Under the pieces are notes generated by a model. That model did no database searches. It was not told the DNA's origin and worked only from the letters and a program-made list of their open reading frames with translations. The position numbers were made by a program, and so were the translations under genes. DNA of 63,634 nucleotides, filler included, from Sphacelaria rigidula (taxonomy: Eukaryota): assembly GCA_964200075.2 (NCBI GenBank). It is 9 parts of 9 records of this genome, joined end to end, with 100 filler letters (N's around TTAATTAATTAA, not from the genome) between each part and the next. Parts side by side here need not be neighbours in the genome. Positions count along the whole stretch, not along the records: positions 35,411 to 42,391 come from CAXNAA020017099.1; positions 42,492 to 49,472 come from CAXNAA020017100.1; positions 49,573 to 56,553 come from CAXNAA020017101.1; 6 more parts are not named here. The stretch is one strand, 5' to 3'. Below, one piece after another: positions 39,937 to 54,249 of the stretch (positions within the stretch are counted from its first letter, which is position 1; each line of letters opens with the position of its first letter).

Positions 39937-40070
39937 GTTACGTCACCGTTGCTCCAGATCGCACCCCCGAAGCCGCCGTCTCCAAAGCTCGAGGCATTGT
40001 TATAGACGAACTGGCTCCAACTATTGAAGAATATCTCGCCTTTCCGGTTGACGATAGCGCCCCCGAGATT
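39937..40070 (-). CDS. GGAI/FxxN repeat protein, internal exon (NLGGAIVN...FVYNNA...GGAIWSNGDV)
   Basis: CAG acceptor, GTGAGG donor, 134 nt, two GGAI motifs. Confidence 0.88.
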
Positions 40071-41549
40071 CTGTGTTCGCATGGAAGTAGGAAGGACACA
40101 CGACAGTGGCGATCCCTCCAGTCAGTTTCGGTGACAGTACGAGCATCATTTCGTTCCGTGACCATATGGACGGTGTTCAGAGCGCCTCCCGTTGTGTCAT
40201 CATCCATCGCATCCTACATGCTGCAATGCGCTCGTTGCTGATGATGGTGTTCCGCAAGAATAGTAACAATGCTATGAGCTTGATGTTGACCGTTTCATTA
40301 GTAATAGCTCCAAACGTTATGTGGCTGCATGTTTCCCACCAACGTTTTTGTGCAGGTCTCTCCTACCGAGCGTGTATTTGCCTTTTTCAACCGCGCGTGC
40401 TCTACTTTACGTTGCTGTTATGGGGTTGTGAACATGCACCTCAGTGTGCACGCGAGTCAAGTCTGACAGTCCTAGCGAGGTCAGTCCTCTCAGGTTACCG
40501 TCGTGTCCGTAATAGTTCACACCTCAATAGCTTCACGCAGTAAGCTATAACCACTTGATACAAAATACTCTTGTTCACTCGTATTCGTTATCGCTCCGTT
40601 CAATGCTGTCTCACGTTGCTCACTTGCCATAGCAACGCTCAGCTGATGGCTCCACTCAGCAAGTAAACCGGGAGCGCTCACAGGAAGCCATGCCTGTACC
40701 TTCTTATCAGTCTCACATCCGACCTAGTCAAGCTTGATCAGACCCGCAACTTCAAAATCCCAGATTTGATCATGAACGCCTCCTAGCTTCATGACATTAG
40801 CCCATCCAGACGAACCTCTATTACACTTGCGATGAGAGTTCTCGAAAAGCAACAACGAAAATCGAGGTTTTCTCCACGTCAAGTCATGAGCGACAAGGGA
40901 GGCCAGCTCAATGCTATTCAAGTACTCGGCCATAGTGGATAAAAAGAAAGTATACCTCAGACCACAAGGGCAACATCCGCTCCGTTGCCCGATCCTCCCA
41001 CACGGTCCAGAAACTGCATACATCTCAGTGAAATGTTGAGAAGAAAAAAAACACAAAGAAAAGATCAACGCACAACTGGTGCAGCATTATTGTAAGCTAG
41101 CTGCTGAGCTCTGTGTCTGAGCCGGTCTTCCAAAACCTTGTAAAACAACACCTGAGCACCTGCCTGTGCTATACTATCACACGTCTGACACCCTTGTCCT
41201 CTTTTACGTCATGTACCATCATCATCACCATCCCCACCATTATCATCATCATTATTGCCATCCGTCCACTCGGTCAGCCCGCGGTCGAAATACGCCGTCA
41301 GTGGCGTCAGAGATGGACAGCGGGATACTTCGACATCGTCATGTCTTTCATACGTTAAGATCAAGCCACCGAGGGTAGGGTCGCGCTGGCAGGAATGCTT
41401 CGGTATGTTCCACATCGGCAGAAATGATTTAGAACACTCCTACATGTACTGCGAGTATGCAGAAACGGCTCAGAATGTTCCATAGTATTTCTTCTCAGCC
41501 AAAGCGTCAAGATGCCGCCGAGGCTATACGCGCAGTTTCGCCCGCTCAC

Positions 41550-41630
41550 CTCGAAAGCGGTGTTCCCAGTGAACGTTGGCGTGCCGTTGAAGGTGATCTT
41601 TCCCCCATCATTGTAGATTGCTCCTCCGTT
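41550..41630 (-). CDS. GGAI/FxxN repeat protein, most 5' visible exon (NGGAIYNDGGKITFNGTPTFTGNTAFE)
   Basis: Pyrimidine tract plus TAG acceptor, GTGAGC donor, 81 nt; GGAIY and FTGN motifs of Pmp-like beta-helix repeats. Confidence 0.88.
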
Positions 41631-43110
41631 CTATGATACACAGTGCCGAACGCGTAGCGAATCGGGGCGACGAAGGAGGGAGGGGGGGGGGAGCTGTTTG
41701 GAAATCGTCACGTCGAGATAACATATATTAAAATGGAGCGTAATGTTAACGTTGTCTACTGCGCACAAAAATAGAGAAAAAAAACACAACGGGGGGTAGG
41801 TAAATGCACCAAGACTTCGACAACGCAGAGTGGGCCACCCAACTTCGTAAATACAAGCACTCCTGTGTGCATATTATCACATTTGGTACGTCCATCATGT
41901 GGATAATGACCACGGCTGGATTTGTCGGGGATCAGTGAATGCGCAACAACCAACCAACCAACCAACCAATCGATCAATCAACTCCGCTACCTTAAAGCGA
42001 ACACTTCCTCTGCCTTCCGAGGGAAACATCCACAGTTAGGGACGCGAATGATCGAGTGAAGAAACCAAAAATGTCGGAATAGATGCGGCCCTGCGCAGCG
42101 CTGCTCCATTTGGACGGGCAACCACAGTTTCTCCAACTAACTTCAACAAAAAAAGTCGCACTCGACTTTTGCGAGTTTGATGGACATGAACGACCGTGCC
42201 AGCGGAAACGATGTCCGGACAGTCCAAGAGGGTTACTGAAAATTCCGACATGTGCGTCGAAAATAATAGATAGCTCGAGCAACGCGACTCGAGAACCATG
42301 CTCTTGGACAAACAGTAAAAGCATACTTCCTCTGTCCCATAAGTAAAGTCCGTTATGGGCTTTTAATCGTTTGTGCATTCAAACTCTTCCGNNNNNNNNN
42401 NNNNNNNNNNNNNNNNNNNNNNNNNNNNNNNNNNNTTAATTAATTAANNNNNNNNNNNNNNNNNNNNNNNNNNNNNNNNNNNNNNNNNNNNCGTCTCGAA
42501 AGGGATGCGTGGTCAATGGTCAAACGACTAAGGCAAGCAACAAATGAGTACGCCCCCCCGGTACACGCCTTACATTTTGGTCTCGCAGGTGGGGTCAGCA
42601 CTCCCGCACCGCGTCAAGTCACGTCAAACAAACGCAGTCAACTACTTTGCTCACTCACGTTTTCACGCTTTCCACGGTGGAGATCAGATACTAAGGAGAA
42701 AAAACCCTAAGCATTGGGAATCGAACTCTCGGCGACAGTCGGATCATTATACCACCGGTATGCGGCCTCTGTATATCGTGGACCGTACTCTTTGATCCTG
42801 GGGGCACATAGATGTTCCCTACAAAGAAAGTATTTCGTTATCCGCTCTCCTGGTGCCCTTATTCATTTGCTCTCGTCGAGTTGTGTGTCGTTAATGACTC
42901 CTATGATGCTGCACAGGTGTTCCTTGACAATGCATCCTACTCCCCCCGCTCCCCTGTTCTTGAGGTTCTATCCCTCCCGCTTTACCCCTGTTCCTGCGTA
43001 CTCTCCAACTTTGCATCCTATTTCCACTTTCTCTTTCTCACATGCCTCTCGGATTCCCACCCTATCGAGATCGCGCTTACTTGTTCGGCTGTCTCCATGT
43101 TTTCACGTTT

Positions 43111-43454
43111 GTCCGTGACGAATCCACACATGTTCCATTGTCCTATTCTCAACTCCTTTTTCGAATCAGTATCCACCCTCCCTTTGCCTATTGCTCTCTC
43201 TCCACGATGTTACTTCCATTCTCCCTTGCTTGGTTTCTGTTTCCGTTTCCGGTTCAGTTTTTGCTTGTTTGCTTTCACGTTTGTCGTTGTCCGTGACGAA
43301 TCCACACATGTTCCATTGTCCTATTCTCAACTCCTTTTTCGAATCAGTATCCACCCTCCCTTTGCCTATTGCTCTCTCTCCACGATATTACTTCCATTCT
43401 CCCTTGCTTGGTTTCTGTTTCCGTTTCCGGTTCAGTTTTTGCTTGTTTGCTTTC
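43111..43454. repeat. Near-perfect tandem duplication, 178-bp period
   Basis: GTCCGTGACGAATCCACAC...TTGCTTGTTTGCTTTC starts at 43111 and again at 43289. Confidence 0.9.
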
Positions 43455-44490
43455 GGCGGCTATGTCCCCTCCCCTTTCCCTTCCGGACATTTATTTGTTC
43501 CTCCTTCTCCTTTCCTTCGTTTACCCGCGGACTACGTCTTAAATTCGCTGTTGCATTAACTATGCATATTCTTCACCGTGTCTTTACGTAAACCGACATC
43601 TAAGTTGTCCCTATCCTCCCCTACTCCTTGCTCGCGCTCTCTCTCAGCGTGACTCGGAAGTGTTCTCTCCCTTAATACTTTTCCTATTGCAAAACAGTTA
43701 ATTCCTATTTTCATTGCATTTCTTACAAACTATATTCTCTACGGACTCCCAATACCAGCACTACTAGTATTTTACCCGTCCACTCTTTACTTCTCCATCC
43801 ATCCCTCCTTACCGTCTCTCTCTCGATCTGTTTCGAGATTATTTCCAGCTTGTTTGGTTTAAGTTTCGAAGTGGGATGTAGTCAAGGTACTGGTATATCT
43901 CAATCCTAGTTCTTTTGCTGGCTTACCGACACTATATGACACCTCCAACAATGGCTCGTAGCCTGAAGCCAAGGTCAACACCCTTGACACAAGTACCCCG
44001 CATTTGTGCCAGGCAATCTGCATGGTACACCATTCAGACGTCTCACGACCGTATCTTCTCTCTTCTCGCCACACTGCTGTACTCGTTACTTTTTTCCAGC
44101 GATGCCAATTCCACCGAGTAAGGTTCGAGGACAGCTTGCATTACACAAGGTATATTGCTTATCCTCGGTTGGCGCACCTCCGACCCCGAAGAGAGGCCGC
44201 ACTGGTGATTATCAGGTCGACGGCGACAGCCCGACTGGGATTATCCGTGACTCGGTGGATTAATTAATGTGCTACGGTGTGTACAACAGTAGTCCTAGTT
44301 TGCGTTTGGTGCTTCAGTGGATGGAGTAAAGACAAAGAGTGGTTTGTTTCGTTACTTCATGTCTACGTCCGGGCTGTGTGCAGGTAGGTGACAGAAAAAG
44401 GTGGCTGGCTTCGCTAATTCATGTCTATGTCGGGGCTGTGTTCTGGTAGGCTACAGAAAAAAAGTGATTAGCTTCGTCATTTCATTTCTA
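43455..44490 (-). mobile_element. Degenerate retroelement-like (possibly LINE) repeat with a ~63-bp minisatellite at one end
   Basis: Homologous to 61500-62290; both copies are followed by the same ATGTCTATGTCCGGGCTGTG unit. The LINE call rests only on a weak PAKELGL (GGLG-like) motif. Confidence 0.4.
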
Positions 44491-47400
44491 CGAGCAGGTC
44501 CAACCTACAAACGGATTTATAGACGTGGACAGATAGCACCCTGTAGAACGTGCTGCACAGGGTTCTTCGCCGTCTTTGTGAAAACCCCTGTACGGCATTT
44601 GCAAACCCTAGTATCTCTACCAGCATTTTGTGTAGCGTTTTTCTCGAGACCCTGTAGGCAACCCTATGGAGAGGCACTTCCAATTTGAAAATTCCAAATA
44701 CTTTTGTTACAGAATCTATAAATTCATTTATTCGGACAGCAGAAGAAGCTATTCAAAATAGATCCTGTTTTTTCCCAGTAAAATTGGGCAAAAAAAGGGT
44801 CTATTTTAAACAGCCTCATCTGCTGCACTAATTCCATACACATACACGGGATTTGTGGAGCAGATGAAGCTGTTCAAAATAAATTTGTTTTTGCCCAACT
44901 ATCCCATACACACCGGCAAATTTGGAAAATATACAGGAGAAGATGCTCGGAATAAATCCCCATTTTGCCCGCTAATTCATCCGGAAATTGGGCAGAAAGA
45001 GAACTTATTGCTAACAGCCTCAACTGTGCGAGTTCTGCACACTGCATCGTAATCAGCGGATGGAATCCGAGATGCAGCAAATTTTGGAAATAAATAATCC
45101 TCTTGCTCCCCAATTCATATATTTATTGGGCTAAGGAATGGAATTCTCAACAGCTTTTGCTGAATACAAATCTCAAACACTGGTTACGAGTGCATGTCCA
45201 CACGCCTGAGCTCAGATGCGATGCTTTGGTTTTAGGCGTGGATGCTGGAGTAGCGGGTATACCTCGCGTATGTATGCACGTAGTTCATAAAGAACCCGTT
45301 GTCCAATGTCTACCAAGACAAACCGAATGACATTTAGAAAAATCACTCAATCAGTCATGTTTTTGTTTATAGAGGTATTTTCTTGATATTGATTAGAAGC
45401 ACAAATACTCTTCACGTCAACAATAAATCGCAGATGGTTCAATGCGTGTTTCGTCGTGCAATCGAGCAAAAATTTGCGAGTTAAATACCCACCACTGCCA
45501 TATCTCGACCGTTTTTTTCTGCCAGTACCATGCCCATGCTGTAAGGTGGAGTACATTGTATGTGCGCTATAAACACTCTACAGCATATCAACAACAAACA
45601 ACATTGTCGTGGGATTGAGAGTAGAGCGCTGATTGAGAGTGCCCTTGATCATTCGCTTTAACTTGGGCATTTTTCATTCCGTGTGCGTTTTTCTCTGCCT
45701 CCATCACTGGCGTGTGCTTACAGCTACACGTCGATATCCTACTCAGGAATAGCAAGGGTCTCAGTGGCGCTCTACCTAAAAAAGCATATCGGGCCTCGCG
45801 GAGGGGCATTTCGGAACTGAGACGAAGCATTCCCTAATTGACTGATTTTCACTCTCAATCATATCCTCTACTGTCAACCACGGAAATATTGTTAACAATG
45901 AACAGTACACGGGGTGACGAAACCCTGTGAAGCTTACTGTGCGACGCGAAAAAATATCCCACAGCAAAATCCCCGCGAGAAACACTGCACAATTTCCCTG
46001 AAACCCTGTGAAGCGTGCTATGTGGCGCAAAAAACACCCTACAGTCAAATCCCCGTGAGAAACACTGCACAGTTTCCCTGAACCCTGTAGACGTGCCCCA
46101 CAGGGTGCTATCTGTCCACTTGTGTAAGCTTCCAAATCAGTATCTTATCGACACAGACGAGTTGGGTCGTGGTCCGCATATCGTAATCGTCCAATCAAAA
46201 GGAAGGTGCCCATATGCGCAGAAGTCTGGCCCAATGTTATCTCGTTGATTTAACGCCATGTCTAGCAACTCCTATTCCGTACGAAGATGGTGTCCTTAAC
46301 AGTGTATATGAAACCCGAGCGATATATACAGTGGATTATGACGATTTTTGGTGTGGACATTCCCTGGAGCACGGGGAAACGATCAATACCTTCATCTTCA
46401 CCTGGTTCGTCACCTATTTTTCGAGATATAGTGCACATCATTTTCACACTAAAATCAAGAAAATACGAGCAAACTCGCCAAATGCACTGAATCTGGATTT
46501 CGTGTCTCAGCTTTTAAGAGTTGCGCTTTGAAATATCGCGCGGAAAACCTCTAGTGAAAAGTAAAATAAAACTTCAGCTCTTTCATATTCTCATTTTTAT
46601 TTTTTCGTTTTTTAGTATAATCGTAAGGGAAAATGGACATTGCTCTTGGACCTTGTATCAGGTTTTGATCTGAACCCTAACATAGAGAATCGCAGAGGCA
46701 TACCGAAAATAAAAAAAGCGGGCCTCCATTTTTTGGGGGCGGGGAGAGCTAAAGGCGTCTTCGTGAAAAAATGGTCTATACTCAAACGTCCTTAGCTCGT
46801 GGGGAAAAATCAATATGTCCCATTTTTTGTTCAACGTGCCCTAGCGAGGTCTCACACAATATTTCAAACCACAAGCATCAAAGGTGGGCCGGTAAGTGGC
46901 CTGAAAAATACAGTTCCGAATTCCGACCAGATCAGTTTCTAAATCACCCCGCCTCACCTCAACTTGGAGACTTGGACTTTCAAATTCGGTACGGAGAACA
47001 ACTAACTCTAACCCTAACCGAAGAATATAGAGGGAGACGAAGAAGTAAGCCGGGGGGAGCTGCGTGCACTCTCCGCTTTATCAGGTTCCCATTCATTGGA
47101 TATTTACCTATCCCGAAGTCTACCGTGCGCGGGCAACTCTCGGGTTGGTCACCATGGCTCAAACAGGCAAACGTAAGCATCGGATAGGCGTGAAGGAGTG
47201 CCCATATGGTGGTGTGAGCTTTCGCTACGCAAAGCATCTACGAGCTACGCTTGCTGAACGTGACAACAGAAACACAATTTAATGCTATGAAAAGGATTTC
47301 GCTTGTTGTAATCGATATGCAGCGGAGAGAAGGCACGCACGCACAGCGGTCAGCATGTAGGTCGTTCGTCGGTGAAGGATAGGTGGCGTCGTATTCAGAC

Positions 47401-48584
47401 TTCAGCAAAGGTCGAGTACAGTTCAGTTATCGGAAGACCATTGGTAAAAATGCTCTAAGACGTGGTTGTTTGGGTCGCTTGTTTCTTCGTTCCGACCATC
47501 GTGAGCACGGCTTTGGGCCGCTGCACCTCCTTTTATACCTCATAATTGGGGTGCAGAAAAGGGGTAGTTCCCGTGATCGCATAACCCCCATAGCCTTCTA
47601 TATAGGGTCATTATCGACCCTGTAACATCCTTACACACGTATGTTAAGAACACCTTTCCGAATCACTTCAAATCTCGAACCATGAAACTTCCCTGCAGAG
47701 TATCCGGTTTCAACAAAAATAGCGCAGTATTTTGACACCTGCTTGTGCATCTAGCCACGCATTTTACACCGACCAAGTCGCTGAACACTGGCATATCTGA
47801 CAAATCCATTCTGGGATTACAATTCTCACGAGCAAAATTCTTGTGTCTTAATTAATGTCCGATCTGCAGTCATGAACAATCTATGTAATGCTTGTCTACG
47901 GGATATCAGTGTACTTCAGCTCCTATGCGGCAACAAGATCAACTGTCAAATTCAACAGGAACAACTCCGAATATCAGGACAATTGGACCTGGACGTATGC
48001 GACAAAGCACTTATTTAGGTCTCATGACATCAACACACGGAAATGATAAACAAAATAGTCGTAAAAACAAATTCTCCTCTCATTAATTCGTAGGTTCAGA
48101 GTGAACACTGTGAAAACACGATCCGTGATTGAGGTCGCAATTTGTGTACGGATAAAAACGATAATAAACTGAATCAACAGAATGTTCGTGAGATGGAAAA
48201 TATGTTTTCAAATGGAGGATCAAAGGTTTTCCGGTTTATCAGAGGAAATTGTGACCGATTGGAAGCGTTCACAGCAGAAATTAAATGGCCGCCTTCAAAA
48301 TTCTGTCAGTTTGATAATCTGGGGGTTGGAATCATATCATATTGTTTTTCGCCATGAATCACAGGTGAGCCCCCCCCCCTCCGCCGCCTTTTATATCAGA
48401 AAGTTCGCCTCACGTGTTGGTGAGTAACATCTTACATGGTTTTCATTCACGTATTTTTCCTTGACCGTACGCGATAGGTTGCCGTTCAAGGTATGCTGTG
48501 AAAGCTCTTAATCAGTCGTCCGTGCGTCGAAAAAATGCGAAAACTCTGATTCTCCATCCAAAGACATCCTCCAGTTTGCGAATT

Positions 48585-48833
48585 GACACTTTCGACGATA
48601 GCCCCCCCCAAAACCAGCCCAAAAGTGTCACGAAAAAAACGGCCATACAGCGCCTGATGTTTGGGTTCAGGCTCCATGAAGCGCCTCATATTGGCGACAT
48701 TGGCTAGAACGAACCCAAGCGTGGGATTTCCCAGCTGCTCGTTGTGCTCGGCTTTTCCCACTTCGATTTACGTGAAGATTTTACTTCCGAAAACCATACA
48801 CTTTCTTGGGGGGGGGCTATCGTAGAAAGTGTC
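48585..48833. mobile_element. MITE with GACAC...GTGTC ends flanked by AATT (Sola1-like AWWT TSD)
   Basis: TIR GACACTTTCGACGATAGCCCCCCCC / GGGGGGGGCTATCGTAGAAAGTGTC; related fragment at 21247-21340. Confidence 0.75.
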
Positions 48834-51800
48834 AATTGCTATAGACACATTCCAAGTCCTTGCTTCATAAGAAAATACTCCCGGAACTCGTACAACTTGA
48901 AACTTCACTACTGTCCACCATTTTCCAAAACAAAACAAGTTGCACGATCAGCAAATGTAGCTAGTGAATATTCGTTCATAGCTATTAGAGGGAAATAAAA
49001 GTTCGTTATGCACATCCTTCAACCAAACATCAACTGGGGATTCATGCTTTATCTCGGTTAATGTAACCACGGCACAAATGGCGACAGGAATACAGATCCC
49101 GCAGACGTATCCTATCACTTTCAATTTCACGAAAGATTATGCCTCAAGCGCAAACGGCTACCAACTATTAGCATGTGCCGCGAAAGATCGCATCAAACCT
49201 CGTTTTTTGGCGAAAATACTTCATGTTTCACTACCTTCGGCTTCCTTTAACCCTTAAGCAGTCGCTGTCAAACAGCCGTACAGGGATTCATGTGTGTTTG
49301 TATGAAATCGTATCTCTTTATTGCGGGGAGTGCCAGCCAATCACATCGACAGACGACATACCGATGGAGTTGGGACGACTATAATGAAGCTCCAATGAAC
49401 AGCCGATTTTATATTTTGGGGTTCATACAAAATATGGGGCTGAAGTGGCATATCTGTCTAGCACGAAAGACCNNNNNNNNNNNNNNNNNNNNNNNNNNNN
49501 NNNNNNNNNNNNNNNNTTAATTAATTAANNNNNNNNNNNNNNNNNNNNNNNNNNNNNNNNNNNNNNNNNNNNACCGAAAGATGTAGACTGGTGCCCAGAA
49601 TAAATGGGACGACAACACACACAACAACACACACACACCACCACAGAACCGATCGAGGAACGTGGACACGTGAAAAGACAGGCTTCGATCCCAGACATGT
49701 GAAAAGCCGATCATGTGTGGAAGCCAACATATTTCGTCTCCATGTCCGTGACAACAGCGTACCAAGTATAGAAGCTTCGAAAGTGCGCGTAGTAAGTCTC
49801 CACGAGGCATGGAAAATGACGATACAAACAGTAGACTCACACGTCTTGTGTTCTCCAGGAAACAGCAAAGCCGTATTCTGGTGTAAGTTGGAGCGCAAAA
49901 CATGCAAAGACACCCTTAATGATGCAGTCGATCATGTTGTAGTGACGTCGACGGATAGCGATTTACAAAATCTTTGTTGGCCTGGAAATAACGAAATAAC
50001 AAGACAACTCTTCCCACAACTAGGGATGCGAATCGAGGGTGTGTGGGCCTCCGAACTTCGTCGGGGCTGTTCGACGACATTTTTCCGACACTGGACAACT
50101 CGTCCTCGTCTCTTTTTTTTCGTGTGAAAGCACTTGATTGACCCTTCCGGACTGGGCCTCCAGAACGACGAATGAGGCTGGTTAGGACTGACGTGACCTG
50201 TATATGCATGAAACAGTGGCTTCATGTTGCTCAAAATTCTCTTACATATATCACCCTAGAGTTAGAGGAAAACCGAAAATTTCATTCAATCCATTTTCAG
50301 GAGCAGGTACAAATGTCTCTACTATAATTCGGGTGTTGTGTGCATCAGGTAATGTACAGATGCATCAAGCAGTATAAGTCGCCGTGGAGAGCTTCCAACA
50401 GCATGCGGCAACCGCCGCCCGCCACTTGTGGCCTGGGATATTGTCCCCGCCACCTTGCCACGCAGCCCTTTGTGGCCGGGGTGGGCCGCGATTCCCCTCT
50501 TCGTTGGAAGCGGCAAATTCTCTTCGAACGGCAAGGGCGTTGCGCCGCAGAAACAGTACAGTGCGCCTCTTCGAATGCCGCAGCAGCTGCCGCTGCATAC
50601 TCCCTCACATGTTCTGGGCAGTCCTCCGCGACGGAGATCAGCTGCCTATACACAACTTGTTCGTTCCCGTCGATTACATACGACCTCATGCCTCTAGCTC
50701 CGTCTCTTATCCCACAGTGTTGCTAGATTCAGGCGCCTTGTGGACATGGCCACATGTAAAGTAGGGTACACTTATTCCCGAATTTCCCCCGAGCTTTATG
50801 TGTTGGTATAATCAACCAGGTTTTACTACAGGATTGTGACCCAAAAATCGGGGGAGTCGAGGACGGACCTATGAAAAATGCGGGAAACCGAGCCCCGACC
50901 ACTTCGACTTTCCTTTGCTTTGAGGGTTTTTTGTGCGCCAGGGCCAGGGCTTACACACCAACTTGGCAGTGACATCACGCCCGGCGACAGCCCCCCCCAC
51001 TGGTCATTCGAATGTGGTCGATAAATTTCGCCTCGCCCTGATTGGGCAGGTCGGTCCAAGAATTGTTTATTGTAATTTTACTGGTACATGGTGAACTCCT
51101 TGGTACTGAGCTTCAGACCCAAAAGGGTTGGAAGATTCATCCGTAGAACGAGCAAACGCGCGTTCAAGCGATGCCCTCCCTGTTCAGGCGCCACATACAC
51201 GTCCACACCACTGACACGCAGTTCTGGTCGAACCCCTTTTTTCTCGTATCTTTCAGCGTCCCCTGAAACTCTGCGAAACATATACGTTTTTGCCGTCTGG
51301 TGCGCCGAGCGTGTGGCGTTCCCGGAAAGTGAGTTTGATCAAGCATGCGTTGTGATATGAAGCACGCATCCCGAAAAACTGCGCTTGAATCGCACTCGTG
51401 GCCGACGAGGACATCCGTGATTGAACCAACCTATCGATGACTCTCCTCAACAAGCCACCGTCCTCAACAAGAGGAATTGAAATGAAACCACGCAGACGGG
51501 ACGGGGGCGGGGCGAAATGGGAGGTGAGCTCTGAATCGGAGTAACTGTGTTTCTGTGACTCGAAGCGTGCAAAGGTATAACAGCAGAGAAGCGTTACTGC
51601 TTGTATTTACAAACCTCGCCGCTCTGAGGACCCAAGTTGGAAAGCGTGGTGTGTACTCGAATAGACAACACCATGGTGATTGTCTTGTGCTATTCCGTCT
51701 CTTGGTCATCCAGAGTCTTCCTTCACCGCCGCATGCGGCCTGCCATCTGCACATCATGCCGGCGCTGCCACAAAGCTTTGGTGTTGGTGTCCGCATACAT

Positions 51801-54249
51801 TAAGTTGGCATGATGTAACTTCAGATATGAACGGGATCCAGATGGCCCACCGTGAAGACCCAAGGGTTCACTTTCAGAGCTGGAGGGAGGACGAGTCCAC
51901 GCTCTCCAGAGATATCTTGTATTCTTGACCATCGTGATACCCATACATAATGAGAGTAATAAGAAGGAGCCAAGAGAAAGAAGACAGCCCTCTACTGAAC
52001 TGTGCTTTATTCTTAGGCTTTGTCCATCCATATACAACCAACTTCAGGGCGAGTCACCTGTTGTACATCGGCATGATTTTTACTTGGAAGATGGACGCAT
52101 GACCCAGATGAACCACCTTGGAGACTCAGAGGCTCATCGCTTTCCGAAGGTCTTGTGTAGGCTGGTTATTGGTGACACTTATGGAAAAAAAGAAATGCAG
52201 CGGGAAGAGAGATCAGACCACACTGCATTGTACCATACACCTTTTGTACTGCATTGTACTACTGCTGTATTATTCGTTTCCGTTCGGATTTGTCTGAAGT
52301 CACTCCCAGGGTGGGTCATCGGCATCGGCATTATTTTGAGTCGAAAATTGAATCATGTAAGGACAATACACCATCAGTAAAAGCACCTGCTGCAGTGTGT
52401 GTGATGGGCGCTGAAGGCCTTCTGGGGTTCTCTTGGAACCGACCGGACGGATACTTTGTTTCTGACTGGCTGACTTGTTGTGTCCATCAGAAAGAGCCAG
52501 GACACATTTTCGGGGAGAACTTTCATGTGTTTTGTGAGCGATTCGTATCCCTAACAATGGAACTACGCGGCTCGCCGCACGCAAGAGTCTAAGGTACAAT
52601 GCACACCTCTTTCGTCACAACGATCGATAAAGATAGACAATAGCGGAGATACCCACACCGGCGATTGCACCCGCCCCTCAAAAACAGAAAACGAATATCG
52701 GGCAAAGTAGTCGGAGATATTAATGCGCGAGAGATACGAACGAACGACAACAGTATTTGGTTTAGTTGTATGCTCAGAGTGTTTTTTTTGTATGTTGCAT
52801 TTTCTCAATCCCGCTAAGTTTTGAGTACTGGAAAATGCATACGTATCGAGCGAATAATGCGGTGGCGGGAGTCACGTCTATGAATAAAACTTTTTGCCGC
52901 GTGAAGTATCGTCATTGAAGGGTTCACGACAACTAGTTGGGTACCGGTGATCCTCGCCCCAACGGAAGTCTGCACTGAAATGTTAGTTGCGAAGTTCTGA
53001 ACTTTTTACCGTTCACACTTGCCGCGGATCAGAGAAGGTCTACGGCGGGATCTTGAACTGCATACACCGCGTGTGAGGGTATAATAGTAGTCATAATACC
53101 CGGAATAATACCACCCTAGAAAAAACACTCTTTGTAGTCCTCAATGTCAGGCTTTAGATCATCGGGGCACATAAGTATGCTGCCGATCATAACCACTCGT
53201 TCTTGCCAACCACCAAATGTATATATATATATATATATTATGCAATTTTGTAACACTACCCCGCTCAATGTGCGCAAGTGCGTCGCACACCGCGCGTGTT
53301 GTTGTGCTTTCTATTCAACTGTGGTTGACGTAAGTGGCGTGCAAGTCGCAGCGTGGGTTCAGGATGTGTTCTGAGAGCGTACCCACCCATCACCCTCCAC
53401 CCCCCACTCAGTGTTCCCTCCATCATGACTTGAATATATCTGACGAAGAAGGGCTACAACAACGTTCTCATGCGATTGAGAGTAGAAGATACGATTGAGA
53501 GTAAACAACGGCCACTTGGTGAGTAAACCGTCTGAGTTCCGACATGCTCCTCCACGTGCCCCGATGTGCTTTTTGGAGTAGCTTCCCACTGAGGCCCTTG
53601 ATATCCCTGGGTAGAAAATCGACGTGTAGCTGTAAGCACACGCCAGTGACGGAGGCGAACAAGAGCACACACGGGATGACACATTGGCTGAGTGAAAGCA
53701 AATAATCAAAGCCACTGTCAATCGGCGCTCTACTCTCAATATCACAGGAACGTTGTTCTACGTGAACAGAGTAGGGTAAGCTCAAGTAGTGGTGTCTCTT
53801 GACTTTTTCAATACCAGTATCCGGACTCTTCTTATTTTTATTTTCGGTAATATGTCTTGTAAGGAATATCAGGGACGTTATTGGAAAGGCGAGCCTACGT
53901 CTGTGACCACGGGTTCGCGAGATCGGATAAATGTGCGGGAATAGTAGTAATGAGAAAAAGATAATCCGGAACCAGCTTCACCCGTGTACCCGATGTACTT
54001 CAACGACAGTCATGGGTGAAACACGAAGTGGGACTGTATATACGTTTCCAAAAGTGTGAAAACATGTTGTGTTACATCGCCACGCGAAGTGTGTACACAA
54101 CAGACGTGATGTTCCTCGTGCATGAGCCCCGTCTCTTGAGATGGCAGCATGTCACACATGAACGAGGGTGTAGATTTTCAACAGTGCACTCTACACTTCG
54201 TTGCCGGGCCCATGGTAGAACCAAAAGGTCCGTACTACGCGTGATCAGC

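Noticed and set aside
41991-42035. Additional upstream exon of the GGAI-repeat gene
   Set aside because: Weak donor (GTAGCG), a nearby in-frame stop and no repeat motif.
49573-52600. Coding-like sequence (possible transposase or host exons)
   Set aside because: Fragmented frames with no motif I can assign with confidence and no consistent splice pattern.
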